DNA of 64,000 bases, taken from Cetorhinus maximus. Lineage: Eukaryota. The stretch is taken from positions 12,400,001 through 12,464,000 of the forward strand of contig NC_135886.1 of assembly GCF_964194155.1 (NCBI RefSeq), written 5' to 3'. Positions 26,279-38,744 of the stretch are shown here, in pieces. The notes under the pieces were generated by a model that did no database searches, was not told where the DNA came from, and worked only from the letters and a program-made list of their open reading frames with translations. The position numbers and the translations under genes are program-made. Each line of letters opens with the position of its first letter. The first letter of the stretch is position 1.

Positions 26279-29262
26279 TCCCCTGCCCTTGGCAGGGGTG
26301 CAGGAACCAAGAGAAAATATTAGAGAGGAATACCAGGGTGAACTGGGAGGGACAGATAGCACTAGTATAAAAAATATTAAGTTAATAGGTAAAGTTGGGA
26401 CAAGGGATAAAGTTAAAAAAATCTAAATCAGGGTTATTATGCATGTTTGTGAATGCATGGAGTATATTAAATAAGATTGGGGAGTTACAGGTACAGATTG
26501 CCATGTGGAAACATGATGTTGTGGCCATAACAGAGACCTGGATCAAGGAAGGGCAGAACTAGGTGTTATATTTTCCCAGGTACAAGGTGTTCAGAAGAGA
26601 TAGGAAAAGAAGGAAAGGAGGGGTGGGGTATTGGTTAAGGAGAGCATTGCAGTGCTGGGGAAACAGGATGTCCCAGAAGGTTCAAGGACAGAATCAATTT
26701 AGCTAGAGCTAAGGAACAAAAAGTGTGCAATTATATTGCTCGGTGTAGTCTACACACCACCAGCTAGTAAGAAGGACATAGAAGAAAAAATCTGCAGGGA
26801 AATTACAGAGATGCAAGCATTACAGAGTAGTTATGATGGGGGCTTTTATTATCCAAGTGTAAACTGGGACAGTGGTAGTGTAAAGGGTGGAGAGGGGCAA
26901 AAGTTCCCAGATTGTGTTCAGGAGAATTTTCTATGCAGTATGTGTCCAATCCAACAAGAAAAGATGCACTGTTGGACCTGGCTCTTGGAAATGAGACAGG
27001 CCAAGTGGATCAAGTGTCATTGGGGGAACATTTAGGAGACAGTGATCATTGTATTGTGCGTTTTAGGATGATGATAGAAAAGGACAGTAGACAATAGACT
27101 GGACAAGAACCAACTTTGATGGGGCAAGAACGGAGCTGGGCCAGATAGATTGGAATGAAAGATTAGCAGAAAAAACTGTAGCTGAACAATGGACTACCTT
27201 CAAAAAAGAATTGGTTCTGGCACAGTCAAGGTATATTCCATCGACAGGGAAAGGTAGGGCAAACAAGTCCAGAGCTCCCTGGATGAAAAAGGAGATTGAA
27301 ATTAAGATAAAGAAGAAAAAATGCGCTTATGACAGGTGTCAGGTAGAAAATACAATTGAGAACCAAAAGGAATACAGAAGATTCAGGAGGGAGATGAAAA
27401 AGCATATTAGAGAAGCGAAGAGGGATTATGATAAAAGATTGGCAATCCACATAAAGGGGAATCCCAAAGTCTTCTATAGGCATATAAATAGCAAAAGGCT
27501 GGTAAAAGGAGGAGTAGGGATGATTAGGGACCTAAAAGAGAATTTACACATGGACCAAGGGGCCATGGCTGAGATATTAAATGAATACTTTGCATCTGTC
27601 TTTACCAAGGAGCTATCCAGGCCATGGGGACAGACTCTGAGGAAACTCTGTCACTAGAAGGGTTCAGAATTGACAAGGAGGAAGTGTTGAATAGACTTCG
27701 GTACTTAAAGTTGACCAGGCACCGGGACCAGATGACATGCATCCAAGGATATTGAGGGAAGCGAGAGTAGAAATTGCAGGGGCACTGCCCATAATCTTTC
27801 AGTCTTCCCTAGACTTGGGGGTGGAGCCAGAGGACTGGGGAATTGCAAACATTATGTCCTTGTTCAAAAAAGGTTGTAAAGATAAGCCCAGCAATTACAG
27901 ACCAGTCAGTTTAACTTCAGTGGTGGGAAAGAGTCTAGAAATAATTATTCAGGATGGAATTAATAGTCACAAGGAAAAATACGGGTTGATAAGGAAGAGC
28001 CAGCATAGATTTCTAAAGGGGAAATTGAGTTTAACTAACTGGCTGGAGTTTTTTGAAGAGGTAACAGAAAAGGTCGATGAGGGTAATGCTGTTGATGTGG
28101 TGTACGTGGACTTGGAAAAGGCATTTGACACTGTACAACACAACCGACTTGTGAGAAAAGTTATTGCTCGTGGAATAAAAGGGACAGTAGCAACATGATA
28201 CAAATTGGCTGAAAAATAGGAAGCAGAGTAATGGTCAATGGATGTTTTTCAGGCTAGAGGAAGGTTTGTAGCGGAGTTCCCCAAGGGTCGGTATTGGGAC
28301 CCTTGCTTTTCCTGATATATATTAATGATCTAGACTTGCTGTGCAGGGGACAATTTCAAAGTTTGCGAATGACACGAAGCTTGGGAGTGTTGTGAACTGC
28401 GAGGGGGACGGTATGGAACTTCAAGAGGACATAGGCTAGTTGGTGGAGAGGGCAGATAGGTGGCAGATAAGTTCAATGTGGAGAAATGTGAGGTGATGCA
28501 TTTTGATAGGAAGAACATGGACAGACAATACAAAATAAGGGGTGGAATTTTGAAGGGGGTGCAGGAGCAGAAAGACTTGGGTGTATATGTGCATAGATCA
28601 CTGAAGGTGGCAGGACAGGTGGAGAGAGCAGTTAACAAAGCATTTAGTATCCTGGGCTTTATTAATTGGGGCATAGAGTACAAGAGCAGGGAGGTTATGC
28701 TGAATTTATATTAGACCCTTGTTAGACCTCAGCTGGAATATTGTGTACAGTCCTGGGCACCATATTATAGAAAGGATGTGAACACATTGGAGAGAGTGCT
28801 GAAGAGGTTTACAAGAATGGTTTCGAGGATGAGAAACTTCAGCTATGAGGATAGATTGGAGAGGTTGGGACTGTTCTCCTTGGAGAGAAGAAGGCTAAGA
28901 GGAGATTTGATAGAGATGTTCAAAATCATGAGGGGGCTGGACAGAGTAGGTGGGGAGAAGCTGTTCCCGCTCATAAAAGGATCAAGAACAAGAGGCACAG
29001 ATTTAAAGTGATTTGCAGAAGAAGCAAATGTGATGTGAGAAAAAACTTTTTCACACAATGAGTAGTTTGGGCCTGGAATGCACTGCTTGGAAGTGTGGTG
29101 GAGGCAGGTTCAATCGAAGCATTCAAGAGGGCATCAGATGATTATTTGAATAGAAAACAATGTGCAAGAGTATGGGAAAAAGGCAGGGCAATGACACTAG
29201 ATCATAATACTCATTTGGAGAGCTGGTGCTGATACGATGGGCCAAATGGCCCCCTTCCGTGC
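26279..29262 (+). mobile_element. CR1 LINE with near-complete decayed ORF2 (APE endonuclease plus RT)
   Basis: Endonuclease motifs CMFVNAWSILNKIGELQ, VAITETW, LLDLAL, LGDSDH; RT motifs YRPVSLTSVVGK and YVDLEKAFD; multiple frameshifts. Confidence 0.92.
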
Positions 29263-31806
29263 CTAGATCAATGTATCTGCTCTCCCAAATCAATGTATCT
29301 GCATTCCTAGATCAATGTATCCTTGGTCAGTGTATCTGTCACCCACCCCCCCCCCCCCCCCCCCCCAGATCTGTGAATATGCATTCCAAGTTCAGTGTAT
29401 CTACATTCTTAGATCATTGTATCTGCATTCCTAGATCGGTTTATCTGTATTCCTACACCAGCCTATCTGCATTCCTCTATCAATGTATCTGCATTCCTAG
29501 ATCAGTGTATCTGCATCCCATAGATCAGTGTATTTGAATCTTAGGCCAGTGTATCTGCGCCCTTGGATCAGTGTATCTGCTCCCTCTAGATTAGTGCATC
29601 TGCACTCCCTACATCACTGAACCTGCATTCCTAGATCAGTGTATCTGCATTCATTGGTCAGTCTATCTACATTGCTAGGTCAGTGTAGTTGTATTTCTTG
29701 ATAAGTACACACTATGCATCTATGCATACCATAGATCAGTGTATCTTCACCCATGGACCAATGTATCTACTCCCCCTAGATCATTGCACCTGCACCCGCT
29801 ACTCAGTATATCTAAATTCCAAGATCTGTGCATCTGCATTCCGAGATCATTGCATTTGCATTCCTAGATCAGTGTATCCTCAATAACTGTATCTGCACAC
29901 CTAGATCAGTGTATCTGCACACTGAGAATAAATATATCTGCATTCAGACTTCAGTGAATCTGCATATATGAGATCGGTCTTTCTGCATTCCCAGATCAGC
30001 GCATCTGCTCCCCATAAATCAGTATATCTGCATTACAAGATCGGTGTCTCTGAATTTTTATATCATTGTTTCTGCAATCCCAGATCAATGGTTCTGCATT
30101 CCTAGTTCAGTGTATCTGCATTCCTAGATCAGTGTTTCTGTACTCCTAGGTCAATGTAACTGCATTCTTAGGCCAGAGTTTCTGCACTCCAAATCAATGT
30201 ATCCACTCCCCTAGGTCAGTGTATCTGCATTCCTCGATCAGTGTATCTGCACTCTGAGATCACTGTACCTGCGCTCCTGGATCAGTATATCTGCATTCCT
30301 GGATAAATGTAACTGCACCTCCTGGATCAGTGTTTCTGCAGCCCAAAATCACTGTATCTTCATTCCAACCTCAGTGTATCTACACTCCTTGGATCAGTCT
30401 ATCTGCTTTACTAGGTCTGCACCCCGTAGAGCAGTGTATATGTAACCCCTACATCGGTGTATATGTACCCCATTGATCAGTACATCTACTCCTCCTATAT
30501 CGGTGTATGTACATGCCCTAGATAGTGTGTCTCCACCCCTACATCAGTGTATCTGCATTCCAAGATCGATATATGGAATTCCCAGTTCAATGTATCTGCT
30601 TTCCTAGATCAGAGTATCTGCATTCCTAGATCAGTGTATCTGCATTCCTAGGTCTGTGTACCTGCACTCCAACGATATCATTTCTGAACCCATACACCAC
30701 TCTATCTGCATTCCAAGATCAGTGAATCTGCACCTCCTAGGTCAGAGTATCTGCACCTCCTAGATCAATGTATCTGCCTTTGGAGATCACTGTATCTGCA
30801 TTCCTAGATTAGTTTATCTGTTCCCTCTAGATCAGTGTTTTTGCATTCCGAGACCCGTGCATCCGCACTCCTTGATCAGTGCAACTGCATCCCTTCAACT
30901 GTGTATCTGCATTCTGGGACCAATGTATCTGCATTCCTGGATGAGTGTATTGGCAACCCCCAGATCAGTGTATATATTCCCACAGATCAGTGTATCTGCA
31001 TTCCTAGGTCTGTGTATCTGCACCCCAAAGATATTGTTTGTGTACCCATACACCACTCTATCTGCATTCCAAGATCAGTGAATTTGCACTTCCTAGATCA
31101 GAGCATCTGCACCTCCTAGATCAATGTATCTGCCTTCGGCGATCACTGTAACTACATTCCTAGATTTGCTCATCTGTTCTCTCTGGATCCGTGTTTTTGC
31201 ATTCCTAGACCCATGCATCCTCGATCAGTGCAACTGCACCCCTTGTGTATCTGCATTCTGGGATCAGTGTATCTGCATTCCTGGATCAGTGTATCGGCAA
31301 CCCCCAGACCAGTGTATCTGCAACCCCCAGACCAGTGTATCTGCAATCCTAGAACAGTGTATCGGCATTCCTAGATCAATGTATCAGCATTCCTAGATTA
31401 GTGCATCTGCATTCCTAGATCAGTGTATCTGCATTCCCAGGCCAGTGTATCTGCACTCTATAGATATTGTTTTTGTACCCCTACACCACTCTGTCTGCAT
31501 TACAAGATCAGTGTACCTGCCCTTCTACATCTGTTTATCTGCACCTCCTAGATCAGTGTGTCTGCATTCCAAGATCACTGTATCTGCACTCCTTGATTAG
31601 TATATCTGCTCCCTCTAGGTCAGTCTACTTGCTTTCTTAGACCAGTGTTTCTGCACCCTAAGATCAGTGTATCTGCTCCCCAAGATCAGTGTATCTGCTC
31701 CCCTAGATCAGTGTATCTGCTCGCCCTAGATTAGTGTGTCTACTCCCACCATTTCAGTGTATATATTCCCCCTAGATCAGTGTACCTGCATTCCTAGATC
31801 AGTGCA

Positions 31807-32045
31807 TTTTTTAAAAATTCATTTATGGGACATGGGCCTTGCTGGCTGGGCCAACATTTATTGCCCATCCCTAGTTGCCCTTGAAAAGGTGGTGGTGAGC
31901 TGCCTTCTTGAACCTCTGCAGTCCATGTATGTAGGTACACCCACAGTGCCATTAGGAAGGGAGTTCCAGGATTTTGACCCAGTGACAGTGAAAGAATGGT
32001 GATATATTTCCAAGTCAGGATGGCGAGTGACTTGGACAGGAACTG
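31807..32045 (-). mobile_element. LINE family B 3' fragment
   Basis: Reverse complement of the family-B 3' end with A-rich tail. Confidence 0.85.
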
Positions 32046-32364
32046 AATGATTGAGGAATGCAGATGCATTGATCTAGGAAAGCAAATACAGTGAACTAGG
32101 TGCTGCAGATATATTGATCTAGGAATGCAGTAGACTGCTATAGGAATGCAGATAGACTGAACTAGTGGGTTATAATAGATTAATCTAGGACATGCCGGTA
32201 CACTGATTAAGAGGGTGTAGAAACATTTATCCAGGAATGAAGGTACACAGGTCAAGCGTGTGCAGATACGCTGATCTCGGGGGTGCAGATACAGTATTTT
32301 AGGAATGCCAATACACTGACCTTAGAGGTGAAGAAACACTGATCTATGAATGCACATACACTGA
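32046..32364 (-). repeat. Inverted satellite segment
   Basis: Monomers read GAATGCAGATACACTGATCTAG, the reverse complement of the array. Confidence 0.92.
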
Positions 32365-35300
32365 TCATTGTATGTGCATTCCTAGATCAGTGTACTTGCA
32401 GCCCCTAGATCAATTTATCTACACTGCAAAGGTCAGTGTATCTGCATTCCTAGATCAGTGTATATGCACCTCCTAGATCAGTGTATCTGCACCCCTACTT
32501 CAGTGTATCTGCACACCCTAGAGCAGTGTGTCCTCACCACCTAGATCAGTATATTTTCACCCCCTAGAACAGTGTATCTGCATTCCTAAATCAGTGTGTC
32601 TGTAGCCCTTAGATCAGTGTATCTTCACCTCTGGATCAGTGATGTATATATACCCCATACATCAGTGCATCTGCACCCATAGATCAGTGTATCTGCATTC
32701 CTCAACCGGTATATCTGCACCCCTAAATCAGTGTGCCTGCATTCCTAGACCAGTGTATCTTCACTCCTAGATCAGTGTGTCTGCACCGCCTAGATCATTG
32801 TATCTGCATTCCTAGATGACTGTATCTATACCTCTAAGAAACATTTAGCTGCATTCCAATATCAGTGTAACTACAAACCAACGACTAGACTGGATCAATG
32901 TCTCTGCACCTCTAGATTAGTGAATCTGCACCCCCAAGTTCAATGTATACTCACGCCCTAGATCAGTGTATCTACACACCCTAGATCAGTTTACATGCAC
33001 CCCCTGGATCAGTGTGGCTATACCCCAAAAATCAGGGTTTCTGCACTGTCTAGATCAGTGTATCTGCAGTCCTATGTCTGTGTATCTGCACTCCTAGAAC
33101 AGTGTATCTTCATTCTTCAATCAGTGTGTCTGCATTGCTCGATCAATGTATCTGCATTCCTTGATCAGTGTATCTGAATTCCAAGATCTGTGTATCCTCA
33201 TTCCTAGATCAGTGTATCTGCATTGCTAGAACAGTGTAACTGCACCCACTAGATCAGTGTATCTTCATTCCCAGATCATTGTATCTGCATTCCTAGATTA
33301 GTATATTTGCATTCCTTGATCAGTGTAACTGGTTTCCTTGATAAGTATATCTGCATTCCTAGATCAGTGTGGCTGCACACCCTAGATCAGTGTATTTGCT
33401 TTCCAATGTCACCATCTGCGCTCCATTGCTCAGTGTATCTGCACCCCTACATCAGTGTATCTGCATTCCAAATCAGTGTATCTGAATTCCTAGATCATTG
33501 TATCTGCATTCCATGATCAGTGTATCTGCATCTTAAGCCAGTGTATCTGCACCCCTAGATCAATGTATCTGCTCCCCCTAAATCATTGCATCTGGTCCCC
33601 CTAGATATTGCATCTGCTCCTCATAGACCATTGCACCTGCTTCCCCTAGATCAGTGTATCTGCAGTCCTAGATCAGTGTATCTGCTTTCCAATGTCACTA
33701 TCTGTGCCCCATTGATCAGCGTATCTGCACCCCTACACCATTGTATCTGCAATCCAAGATCAATGTATCTGAATTCCTAGATCATTGTATCTGCGTTCAT
33801 AGATCAGTGTATCTGCATTCCTACATCAATGTATCTGCACCCCATAGATTTGTGCATCTGCATCTTAGGCCAATGTATCTGCACTCCTAGGTCAGTGTAT
33901 CTGCTCCACCTAGATCAATGTATCTGCTCCCCCACATCAGTGTATCTCCATTCTTATATCAGTGTACCTGTTTTTCTAGATCAGTGTTACTGCTCCCCTA
34001 GATCAGTGTATCTGCATTTCTAGATCAGTGTATCTGCACACCTATTTCAGTATATCTGCATCCATACATCAGTGTATCTGCACCCCCAGGGCATTTATCT
34101 ACATTCCTCCATCAGTGTATCTGCTTTCCCAGATCAGTGTTTCTGCATTCCTAGATCAATATTTCTGCACCCATTAAATCTGTGTATCTACATTGCTAGA
34201 TCAGTGAGTCTGCATTCCTTGATCAGTATATTCTACCCCTTAGATCCGTGAATCTGCATTCCCTAGGTCAGTTTGTCTGCACACCCTAGACCATTGTATC
34301 TGTACACATTAGGTCATTGTATCTGCATTCCAAGATCAGTGTATCTGCCATCCTAGATAAATGTATCTGCACCATCAGATCAATGTATCTGCTTTGCTAG
34401 ATCAGTGAATCTGCATTCCCTATGTCAGTCTATCTGCACCCATAGATCACTGTATTTGCACCCCCTCGATCAGTGTATCTGCACCCACAGGATCATTGTA
34501 TTTGCATTCCTTGATCATTGTATCAGCATTCCAAGATCAGTCTATCTGCATTCCTAGATTAGTGTATCTGCATCCCCTAGATCAGTGTATCTGTACCCCC
34601 TAGATCGGTGTATCTGCACCCTGAGATCCATATATCTGCACCCTGGGATTCGTGTAACTGCACAATTAGAAATTACTGCACATTTGAAGGACTTCTGCTA
34701 GAATTTTTGTAACCTGCAGATTTGCGTATGCAATGTACTGCATCTGGCATTTAACCTTTGTAATTTACTGGTTGTTATGATAAATTGGCACAAAAGCAAG
34801 AATTAGGCTCATTAATGTTACTAAGACCACACTGGGGGCATTTTAATCATATCATGCTTTGAATGTAAAGATTAGCACACAAAGTGGGGACCACTCGATT
34901 CATGTATTAGATCAAAGATTTTACATCACACAAGACTAGCACTCAACTGCCGATATTGACTTCTCTTAATGTTTGAACACATATTGTTTCAATTTGGAAA
35001 ATGAGCCTTCAGAAAAAGCTAAGTGGGATTTCATATGAATATTCAAAAGTACTTAATGAGAACATTATGACAAATGAAGCGTGTTAATCAAAATGTCATC
35101 AAATCCAATCCTACAAAATTTTCCCTATCAAGGACTCAATCATGTTACATAAGACGGTGGTTTGCGCCCTGGTGGTCCACTCGGTGTTAAGCATCACATG
35201 GTGTGGCTCAGTATCCCCACTCTTACATGGCACTCTCTGCCACTTTGCTGCTGAGGAAGACAGTGGGCTGAGAAGGTGTACGATGCGCTGGCCTCTGTTT

Positions 35301-35524
35301 TCCCTGGGCCCTCTCCTCGGCCAGCTGTGCTTTTTATTTCTGCTCACCTCTTCCAATGCCCCTCCAAACAGTCAGCCACCAGAGGTCACAGTCGGCAGCG
35401 ACTGTCTCCCAGTTGTCTGTACCAATATCCGCCATCTTCATATGTTGCTTGCAGGTATGGGTACCCAGGAGGCTGTGACCCAGTGGCCATTTCACTGGTC
35501 TTTGGGTATACGGCTGTCATCCAT

Positions 35525-35605
35525 TTGACCTGAAACGTTAACTCTGTTTCTCTCTCCACAGGTGCTGCCAGGCCTGCTGAGTATTTCCAGCATTTCTGCT
35601 TTTAG
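35525..35605 (+). mobile_element. PLE family 1 terminal fragment
   Basis: GACCTGAAACGTTAACTCTGTTTCTCTCTCCACAGGTGCTGCCAGGCCTGCTGAG. Confidence 0.7.
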
Positions 35606-36886
35606 CTCAGACAAGTTAGGAGGTGAAACTGGTTCTCAGCTGGACAGTGAAATGGGCAGGTCATAAACTATGCTAATGATTTCTTTCACCAACTGCAGAA
35701 TATTTAGCCAACCTCAGTCCCAATGATCCCGCCCAGGATGGTTGCTTTCCAGGGATAACTTTCCCATGATTTCAGCAATGAGTTGGAACCACTAAGCCCA
35801 ATGATTGCTGATCACCTCAGACCATTAATATAACCTTGATAACACTTCCATTCTGATATTTACCCAGCCCAACATTGCACTAATTGCCATCATCTCTATG
35901 GAGGGGAAAAAAATTCCATTTGCACCGTGGTTCCATGCTCTTAGCATTGACTTGCTTGTGTGTCAATGGTTTTGCCACAGTGTGATGTTATGCGTCAAGT
36001 GCAGTTGCATGATCCACTGCCACTATCTAGCTTACTGCAAAAAGGGAGCCGACTGCGTAAGTCTCTTTTGCCACTGCCCAGCCTCTGCATTACCAAGATC
36101 ACCTGTACTGCCTCCTCGCAGTGACACATGGCAACTAGGCACCCTTGGGCCCTAGGCGGAACTGCAGGGGATCTCAGGGGAACCTTGGTCCTCCAGAGAG
36201 GCAATATATAGGACCACTGGCATGTGGGTACGGCCTGGCATCCATCAACCAGGTCCCAGCTATGCATCAAATATTACCCACTGCCTTGTGGGTCCAGCTT
36301 GGAAGAGTCGAAGGAAATGGAGTGGTGTCCTGTAAGTGGCTGGTGACCCCTTTAAGCAAGCAACTTCCAGCAACTCCGGCAACAAAGTGAGTTCCGAGCA
36401 TAGGGAATCACTGCCTCTGGATTCGGTCATGTAGGAGATGCAGATACTGGGCAATCTGTGTCTCCAAATCCTACCCAAGCTATGTAGCCAAAAAACAAAT
36501 GAAGAGGATGCTTCATCCTCCATAACAAATAGAGTGGACATTTCACCCTTATCTCAACAGGGAATGGGAGGTAGCAGTTTATGGTTTAGAAGTCCAGTTC
36601 GATTAGTGTAGGGGGAGAGCTAGGGAAGAGGAAGGGGAAGGGTTGCCCCCAGTGGTGGAAAAGATCATCACATTCTATTCGCCAACCATCACCTGCCTCA
36701 GCTGGGCAGCCCCAGCCAATGAAGTACTGACCCCCAAAAAGCAGCCTTCCTTGATGGGTGCATGAGGATTAAGGATCCTGCCCTGACAAGCAAATGGTAA
36801 ATGGGTAGCCAAGAAAAAAAGGTGAAGAGTCTCCAGCTTGGAACTGGAACTTCAAATCTCTGTGTCCTGGCATGAATGAGGACTTC

Positions 36887-37290
36887 AGACATAGGAACAT
36901 AGGAACAGGAGTAGTCATTCATCCTGTCAAGACTGCTCCACCATTCAATTAGATCATGGCTGATCATCAACCTCAATGCCTTTCCCCGGACAATCTCCAT
37001 ACCCCTTGATGTCATTAGTTTCCAGAACTCTATCGATTTCTCTCTTGAACGTACTGAATGACGGAGTTTCCACAGCCCTCTGGGGTGGAGAATTCCAAAG
37101 ATTCGCCACCCTTTGAGTGAAGAAATTCCTCCTCATCTCAGTCTTAAATGGCCTATCCCTTATCCTGAGATTATGTCCCCTGGTTTTAGACTCACCAGCC
37201 AGAGGAAACATCTTATCTACATCCCCCTTGTTACGTCCTGTAAGAAGTTTGTAAGTTTCAGTGAGGTCACTCCTCATTCTTTGAAACTCT
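36887..37290 (-). mobile_element. CR1 LINE 3' fragment
   Basis: SLEFQRMRSDLTETYK...TRGHNLRI...FFTQRVANLWN; TTCCTATG tail. Confidence 0.85.
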
Positions 37291-37663
37291 AGGGAAGGAA
37301 CAGATAGCCCTAGTGGGGGTGTCCCTTGCTCGCCCTGCTTTCTACCCTTAATGTCACCTATTAGCACATTTCTTAGCTAATATCACCACCATCAACACCT
37401 CTTTGTCCTTTTGTCTATGACATCTTATGGCAATCTCCACCTATCGCTGGCCCTCTATCCAGCTCTACTTGTCCCATCCACCCCCTTAAACCAGCTTATA
37501 TTTCACCTCTCTTCTATTTTTCCTTAGTTGTGTTGAAGAGTCATACGGACTCAAAACGTTAACCGTGTTCCTCTCCGCAGATGCTGTCAGACCTGCTGAG
37601 TTTTTCCAGGTATTTTTATTTTTGTTTTGGATTTCCAGCATCCGCAGTTTTTTGCTTTTATTC
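37291..37663 (+). mobile_element. PLE family 1 3' region with decayed hammerhead
   Basis: AGTT-GTGTTGA-AGAGTCATACGGACTC-AAAAC-GTT-AACC followed by the shared terminal block ending TTTTGCTTTTA. Confidence 0.75.
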
Positions 37664-37664
37664 A

Positions 37665-38090
37665 AATTGGAGAAGTTGGGACCATTTTTCTTAGAGAAAA
37701 GAAGGCTGAGAGGAGGTTTGATAGAGGGTATTCAAAATCATGAGGGATCTGGACAGAGTGGATGGGGAAAAACTGTTCCCACTTGTGAAAGGATCGAGAC
37801 CAAGAGGGCACAGATTTAAAGTAATTGCTAAAAGAAGCACAAGCGTCATGAGAAAATCTTTTTCACATAGCGAGTGGGTAGGGTTTGGTATGCTCTGCCT
37901 GATAGTGTTATGGAGGCAGGTTCAATCAAAGCATTCAGAAGAGAATTGAACTGTTATCTGAAAAGGAAGAATGTGCAGAGTTATGGGGAGAAGACGGAAG
38001 GATAGGAAAGTGAATCGCTCATTTGGAGAGCCGGTGCAGTCACAATGGGCTGAGTGGCCTTGTTCTGTGATGTAACAATTTTGTGATTCG
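37665..38090 (+). mobile_element. CR1 LINE 3' fragment
   Basis: LEKRRLRGGLIE, DRVDGEKLFPLVKGSRPRGHRFKV; same subfamily as 28850-29260. Confidence 0.85.
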
Positions 38091-38094
38091 GTGA

Positions 38095-38480
38095 ACAGCC
38101 TGTCTCTAATTTTAAGCTGATGCCATCTTGTCCTGGATTTCCCCACCAGAGGAAACAGTTTCTTTGTATCCCTGTGCTATTTGAAAAACCTTGATTTTAT
38201 CACCCCCTCAACCTCCTTCTCTTATTCATTCATGGGATGTGGGTGTCACTGGCTAGGCCAGCATTTATTGCCCATCCCTAATTTCTCTTGTGAAGGTGGT
38301 AGTGAGCTGCCTTCCTAAACTCACGCGAATGCCTGCCGATTTTCTACAACCTGTCCTCATAATTTAAACGCTGTTTTCATTCCGGTGAATCTACACTGTA
38401 CCCCCTCCAAGGCTAATATGTCCTTCCTGGTTTGTGGTCCCCAAGACTGAACGCAGTTGCTCCAGATGAGGTCTGTGCAA
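38095..38480 (-). mobile_element. Old CR1 fragment with a nested family-B tail (about 38222-38320)
   Basis: MGKSRTRWHQLKIR motif, interrupted by ATTCATTCATGGGATGTGGGTGTCACTGGCTAGGCCAGCATTTATTGCCC. Confidence 0.6.
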
Positions 38481-38744
38481 GTTAAATGTTTGAACACTAA
38501 GATCTTCAGCAGTTATTAAGTGAACACTACAGGATACAAACAGAAATTAGTGGGAAGCAAATTTAAAATAGATAATTAGGAACAACTCTTTACTCAACTC
38601 AGCATTTAGAATAATCTGAAGGACAGGATAGGAGAGATAAAAACATGAAGGGTGTTTCAAATGGAACTGGATGTTGTAATCAGACAATTGCCGAATTTGA
38701 GAGATGAACTTTAATGACCTTTTCTGATTTTTGCCATTTCATAA

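Larger units (their letters stand above)
8430..34660 (+). repeat. Intronic satellite array, 22-23-bp monomer CTAGATCAGTGTATCTGCA(TTC/CCCC), in six blocks
   Basis: Blocks at about 8430-9140, 10140-14943, 16953-19366, 19921-26278, 29263-31806 and 32046-34660. About 19 kb, i.e. roughly 850-900 diverged monomers by division. Confidence 0.97.

Noticed and set aside
8430-34660. CRISPR-like array, or the many Cys/His-rich ORFs (YLHS, DQCICIPRSV)
   Set aside because: Monomers are head-to-tail with no unique spacers and no cas genes, in a vertebrate intron. The ORFs are translations of the 22-bp repeat in shifting frames.
8430-34660. Satellite-encoded hammerhead, as in newt satellite 2
   Set aside because: The minus-strand monomer gives CUGAUCU, not CUGANGA, and has no GAAA core.
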